Source of the DNA: Camelus dromedarius
Lineage: Eukaryota
Direction: 5' to 3'
DNA length: 64,000 nt
Assembly (NCBI RefSeq): GCF_036321535.1
Contig: NC_087436.1
Coordinates: forward strand, 111,478,001 to 111,542,000
Positions 60,115 to 64,000 of this stretch are shown one piece after another (positions within the stretch are counted from its first letter, which is position 1; each line of letters begins with the position of its first letter). The position numbers and the translations under genes are program-made. Under the pieces are notes generated by a model. The model had not been told where the DNA came from. It did not search any database and saw only the letters and a program-made list of their open reading frames with translations.

Positions 60115-60850
60115 TTTTTTAAAAAATCTATTTTATTTTTAGATTATAAATTAATGCAACCTCGTTGTACAACTCAAGAAAAACAAATAAGAAAGAAATC
60201 AACATTAATCTTATCACTTGTTCATAACTACTGTGAGCATTTTGGCAGGTTTCATCACCTCATTTTTTTCTCTACACTCACACTTCTCTTATCTTGGTTT
60301 AAATTATTTGATCACGTAGTGGGTACTGGTTTGGCACCCTGCTCTTTTCACTTAATGCCATTTAAAATGCTTTCTTCAGGGGGAGGGCACAGCTCAGTGG
60401 TAGAGTGCATGCTTAGCATGCATGAGATCCTGGGTTCAATCGCCAATACCTCCATTAAAAAATAATAAAAGATAGATAAATAAATGAGCCTAGTTACTGC
60501 CCCTGCCAAAGTCTTTGAAAATAAAAATTAAAAAATGCTTTTTCCCCCTATTTAGTATCATTAAACATACTTTGAAAACATCATTTTTGATAGTTACATA
60601 ATCTTCCATCTTCTGGTGCCATCATGAGCCCTATTGTTGTATAATTTGCTTCCAGTATTTTTTTTTGGTAGTTATCAGTAAATTAGTGATGGTAATCTTT
60701 GTGTAGAAATTACTGCCTGCACTGTTTGATTATTTCATTCAGGTGGATTGCTAGAGGTGGAGCTACTGGGCCAAAGGGCAGGACTCTTTCCCAGACCTTG
60801 AAGGTGTTGCCACACTGCTCTTCAGAAGGGCTGTAACAATTTACATGGAG
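60115..60850 (-). mobile_element. old L1ME-like 3' fragment interrupted by a SINE
   Basis: 'ctgctcttttcacttaat...ttgcttccag...ggattgctagaggtggagctactgggccaaagg...gctgtaacaatttaca'. Confidence 0.65.
60379..60531 (+). mobile_element. tRNA-Ala-derived camelid SINE (Vic-1-like), long form
   Basis: 'gggggagggcacagctcagtggtagagtgcatgcttagcatgcatgagatcctgggttcaatc' with tail 'gagcctagttactgcccc'. TSD ~aaaatgcttt at a TT|AAAA site. Confidence 0.92.
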
Positions 60851-63519
60851 GGTTTCTATCTTAGGCCCTTCCTGGAACAGAGCAGTACATGCTAGCTCTG
60901 GAGGGAACCACCCCTGGCAGAATTTGGATCAGAATTTCATGCTCTGTAAGTCAGACTGATTTTAGGTTTCTCCCGCTCTCTGTGTTTATTCACCTTCTAT
61001 TCTCCCGCAGTAATTTTAGGAAGAGCATTGGGAAAATTCCAGACTGTCTCCATGGTGCTCAGAGCCAACAGTAAAGAGAATTCTGTCCCTGCTTGGGACA
61101 GAGCTGCCAAGAGGAGGAGGTATCATGCCAGGAGTCTGGCCCCCTGATGGCAGGAGGAGACCAAGTGAGACCAAGGGACAGGGTGACACAGGGGGAAGAA
61201 GGGAGACTTGACTTCGAGCAAAACCTTAAAGGTTCTAGTTTTTATTTTAAGGAGGATGGGATATCCTAGTGTTTGTTATAACAGCACCCATGTTGTCTTT
61301 GATTGACTTTGTCATAAATAGATACTAATCATTTTTGTCTGCTTTATATACTAGGGGTCCATTTTGTTTGGAAGGGGCTCCTCCCTTTTCTAACATCAAC
61401 ATTTTCTGGTTCTATGAACAGGCTTTATTACCCCATCTAATCGATGGATACATTAAGGTATTCACAGTAAAATCATGCAGGGAGTTGGCTTTGCAATTTA
61501 GTAGCTGACTGATATTGGCCAGGTTAGTTAGTTTCCCTGAGCCCCCACTTTCTCATTTCTAAGATAAGAATGGGAGTGTCCACTCAACAGTGCTGTTGGG
61601 GGATGGAACCATATGCCAAATTTCTCTTTACTCAAAGCTCAGGTTTTGGGAATAAGCCTCTAATCCACATTTGACAAATTCTGACTTCCTCCTTCTCTCC
61701 CAGGCTGACCCCACACTTGGGATGATTAGTTTAATGTACTCTGGTCAGTTTAGGCATGGAAGAGGAAAAAAGAAAGTGTGCATTGGGTGTGTACCTAACG
61801 GAACTTTGACTCTCTTAGAACATGCAGCCTCGCCACAGTGATTCTTTTGTAATAGCAATATTTCTTTTGTGGTCTGGGGCAAAAACTGTTCCTTTTCCCC
61901 TCCCATTAAAGAACTAAAATCCGATCCCATAGGATCTCTTGCAACCTTTCCTTGTACTGCTTCCTAACTTGCCCCTGACATACTGTGTGACTTTTGGAAC
62001 CCCTCTTTACCTCTCTGGACCTCTTATTCCTGTAAAATGAGGTGGTTGGGCCAGGCGACATTTAACGGTCCTTCCAACTTCCCAGTTTTTAAATTCTACG
62101 AGGATGTGAGAGTAGAATTTCTTTTTTGTTTCTTTTCTGCAGAAAAAAAAAATTACCATCATTTTAAGTTGGCCACTTGGGGTCGCTAGTGATCCGAGAC
62201 TGGTTTGTGAAGGACTAAAATGTATGGCATTTCAGCTAATGGATTCGGGTGGTTTACAGAATTTTCTTTTTGTCTCTTCCTTTAGCTCCAAGATTTATCC
62301 GAAGGCATGATCACATCATTAATGTTGAGTGGACCATAAGCATATGCCAGAGACAGTGTTCTGAGCCAGGCCAGGCCATTCCAAGGCCCACCCCAAAAGA
62401 AAGGAAAAAGAAAAGAAACAATAATCCTGGGGCTCAATTGACTTTTCTTTTGCCTCCAGCCAAAGAAGTTGCATATTGTGGCCTTGAAAATCTTGTCTTT
62501 AAAAGTAAGTCTTGCAAAGTGAACCGGTGTGGCATAAAACATGCCTTGGATGGTGGAGTAAACCTTTGTCTCAGAGAATCAGGAGTTACTGAAGGCAGAC
62601 GTGGGGGAAAATTCCCACAGAAGAGCTGATGCGTGTCTCTGGTGGCAATTTTCCTGGTGGGCTTGACTACTGGTTTAGGTGGAGGAGGGGCAGTCTTGGA
62701 GGTCCCTGAAGAAGTCAGGGAGGGATCGCTGAACAAGAAGTAAATAAAATAAAATAAAAATCTGAAAAGCTCAGTGTCTGCTCACACTGGGGAGAGGGTC
62801 CCAGCAGCTTGTTCAGCACGGGCCAGACCTTTCTGTGGAAAGTTGGCTGAACCTTGCCCTCTGGGCATAAGGAAAAGCATCTCTCCGGCCAGAACTGCTG
62901 TATAAACATCCTTTTCCTCCAGGATCCCGTGGCTTGCGGTTCCCGTGGAGTGCAAGGAAAGTATCCTAATGGAGATAGACTTCAAACCCCTGCTGTCCCT
63001 TTTCAGATTATAAATTACTGTTAATTCTGTTTAGACTCCCCCCTTTCCTCTCTTAATAGTTAGAGAAACAGTAATTGACAAGAAAATCAAGCCACCCCCC
63101 CAGGGGTGTGTGGCAACCCTGCTCTGCTGGCTGAGAAGCAGCCAAGTGTTTGCTCATCTGGCACTTCCCTGCGACAAAAGTTAAATATTTATGTACTACA
63201 GGTGTCCTTCCTCGCCTCCTGCCACACCCTTTGGTGGTTTTGCTGTTAGGGAGCAGCGCAAAATCTTCAATTTCTATTTATCGGGAAAGGGAAAGGTTTG
63301 TTGGGGTTTTGTTTGTTTGTTTGTTTGTTTGTTTTGCTTTCTTTTCCTCCTCCAAATCCGGGAGGCTACAAAAGCCAGCACTGTGGGCTGTGAGGCCTGG
63401 GCTGAAAAGCTGTTGAGGACACCCCAGGATCTGTGTGGCTTCCCCTCATTCAAGCATCGTCTTGTTTTGGTCTCTGCAGCCCCCAGGGGCGTTTCCTAAG
63501 CCAGCCCTTGCCTGAGGAG

Positions 63520-63700
63520 TATGCCCGAGCTTGCAGTTGGTCAGGTCTGGGTTTGAGTTCTAGGTCAACCCACTTTTTTAGCTGTTGACTCAATCTCTCA
63601 GAGTCTCAGTGCCCTCATGCGTAAAATGGAGATAATAATAATAATACGTTCCTAAGAGGATGGTTGGGGAGATTAAAGAGTGTATCAAAAGTGACTGAGG
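63520..63700 (+). mobile_element. MIR SINE
   Basis: 'ctgggtttgagttctagg...tctctcagagtctcagtgccctcatgcgtaaaatggagataataata'. Confidence 0.75.
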
Positions 63701-63739
63701 TCTTGTGAGGCTCTGAACAATGCCAATGTTTTTCCTTCA

Positions 63740-63935
63740 CGATGGGAGCTATCAGCTACCTGTGTCTGCTGAGCACTTGAAGAAGGACTACTTGCAGCTG
63801 AGAAGGCTTAGAAGTGAAAATACATACTGGTTTTCAAATCCCTAATACAGAAAAAAGAATTTAAAATATCTCACAAATAATGTTTTATACTGATCACATG
63901 TTGAAATGATAGTCATGAGTTAAATAAATACATTA
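63740..63935. mobile_element. MER33-like hAT fragment
   Basis: 'tgagcacttgaa...aagtgaaaatacatactgg...aaaatatctca...tgatcacatgttgaaatgata'. Homologous to 55780-56085. Confidence 0.7.
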
Positions 63936-63939
63936 AAAA

Positions 63940-64000
63940 ATGGAAATATAGTTGATTTACAATGCTGTGTTAGTTTCTGGCATACAGCATAGTTATACAT
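63940..64000 (-). mobile_element. L1 3' terminus, cut by the window edge
   Basis: 'gaaatatagttgatttacaatgctgtgttagtttctggcatacagcatagt' matches the L1 ends at ~6420 and ~43040. Confidence 0.8.

Overview
This is repeat-rich, non-coding mammalian DNA, either intergenic or deep intronic. Four tRNA-Ala-derived SINEs of the Vic-1 type, together with artiodactyl-type L1 3' ends, point to a camelid (camel, alpaca, llama or vicuna); this is an inference. I found no protein-coding exon, functional RNA gene, CpG-island promoter or CRISPR-like array that I can support. The only recognisable protein sequences in the ORF track are decayed transposon proteins: Tigger1 and Tigger7 pogo-type transposases and the L1 ORF2 C-terminus. 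Much of the window is a layered record of transposable elements: MIR, L2 and L3; MaLR MLT1, MLT2 and LTR16; hAT and TcMar MITEs; a full-length ~2.45 kb Tigger1; ERV solo LTRs; and 5'-truncated L1s and SINEs with readable target-site duplications (TSDs). The notable observations concern insertion mechanics (nesting, a TG-flanked Tigger1, a tail-less L1 filler, internal duplications) and a few repeat-free, motif-dense islands that may be enhancers. I see no evidence for a new biological system. Family names come from my recall of consensus sequences, not a database search. Boundaries without a TSD or TIR are approximate.
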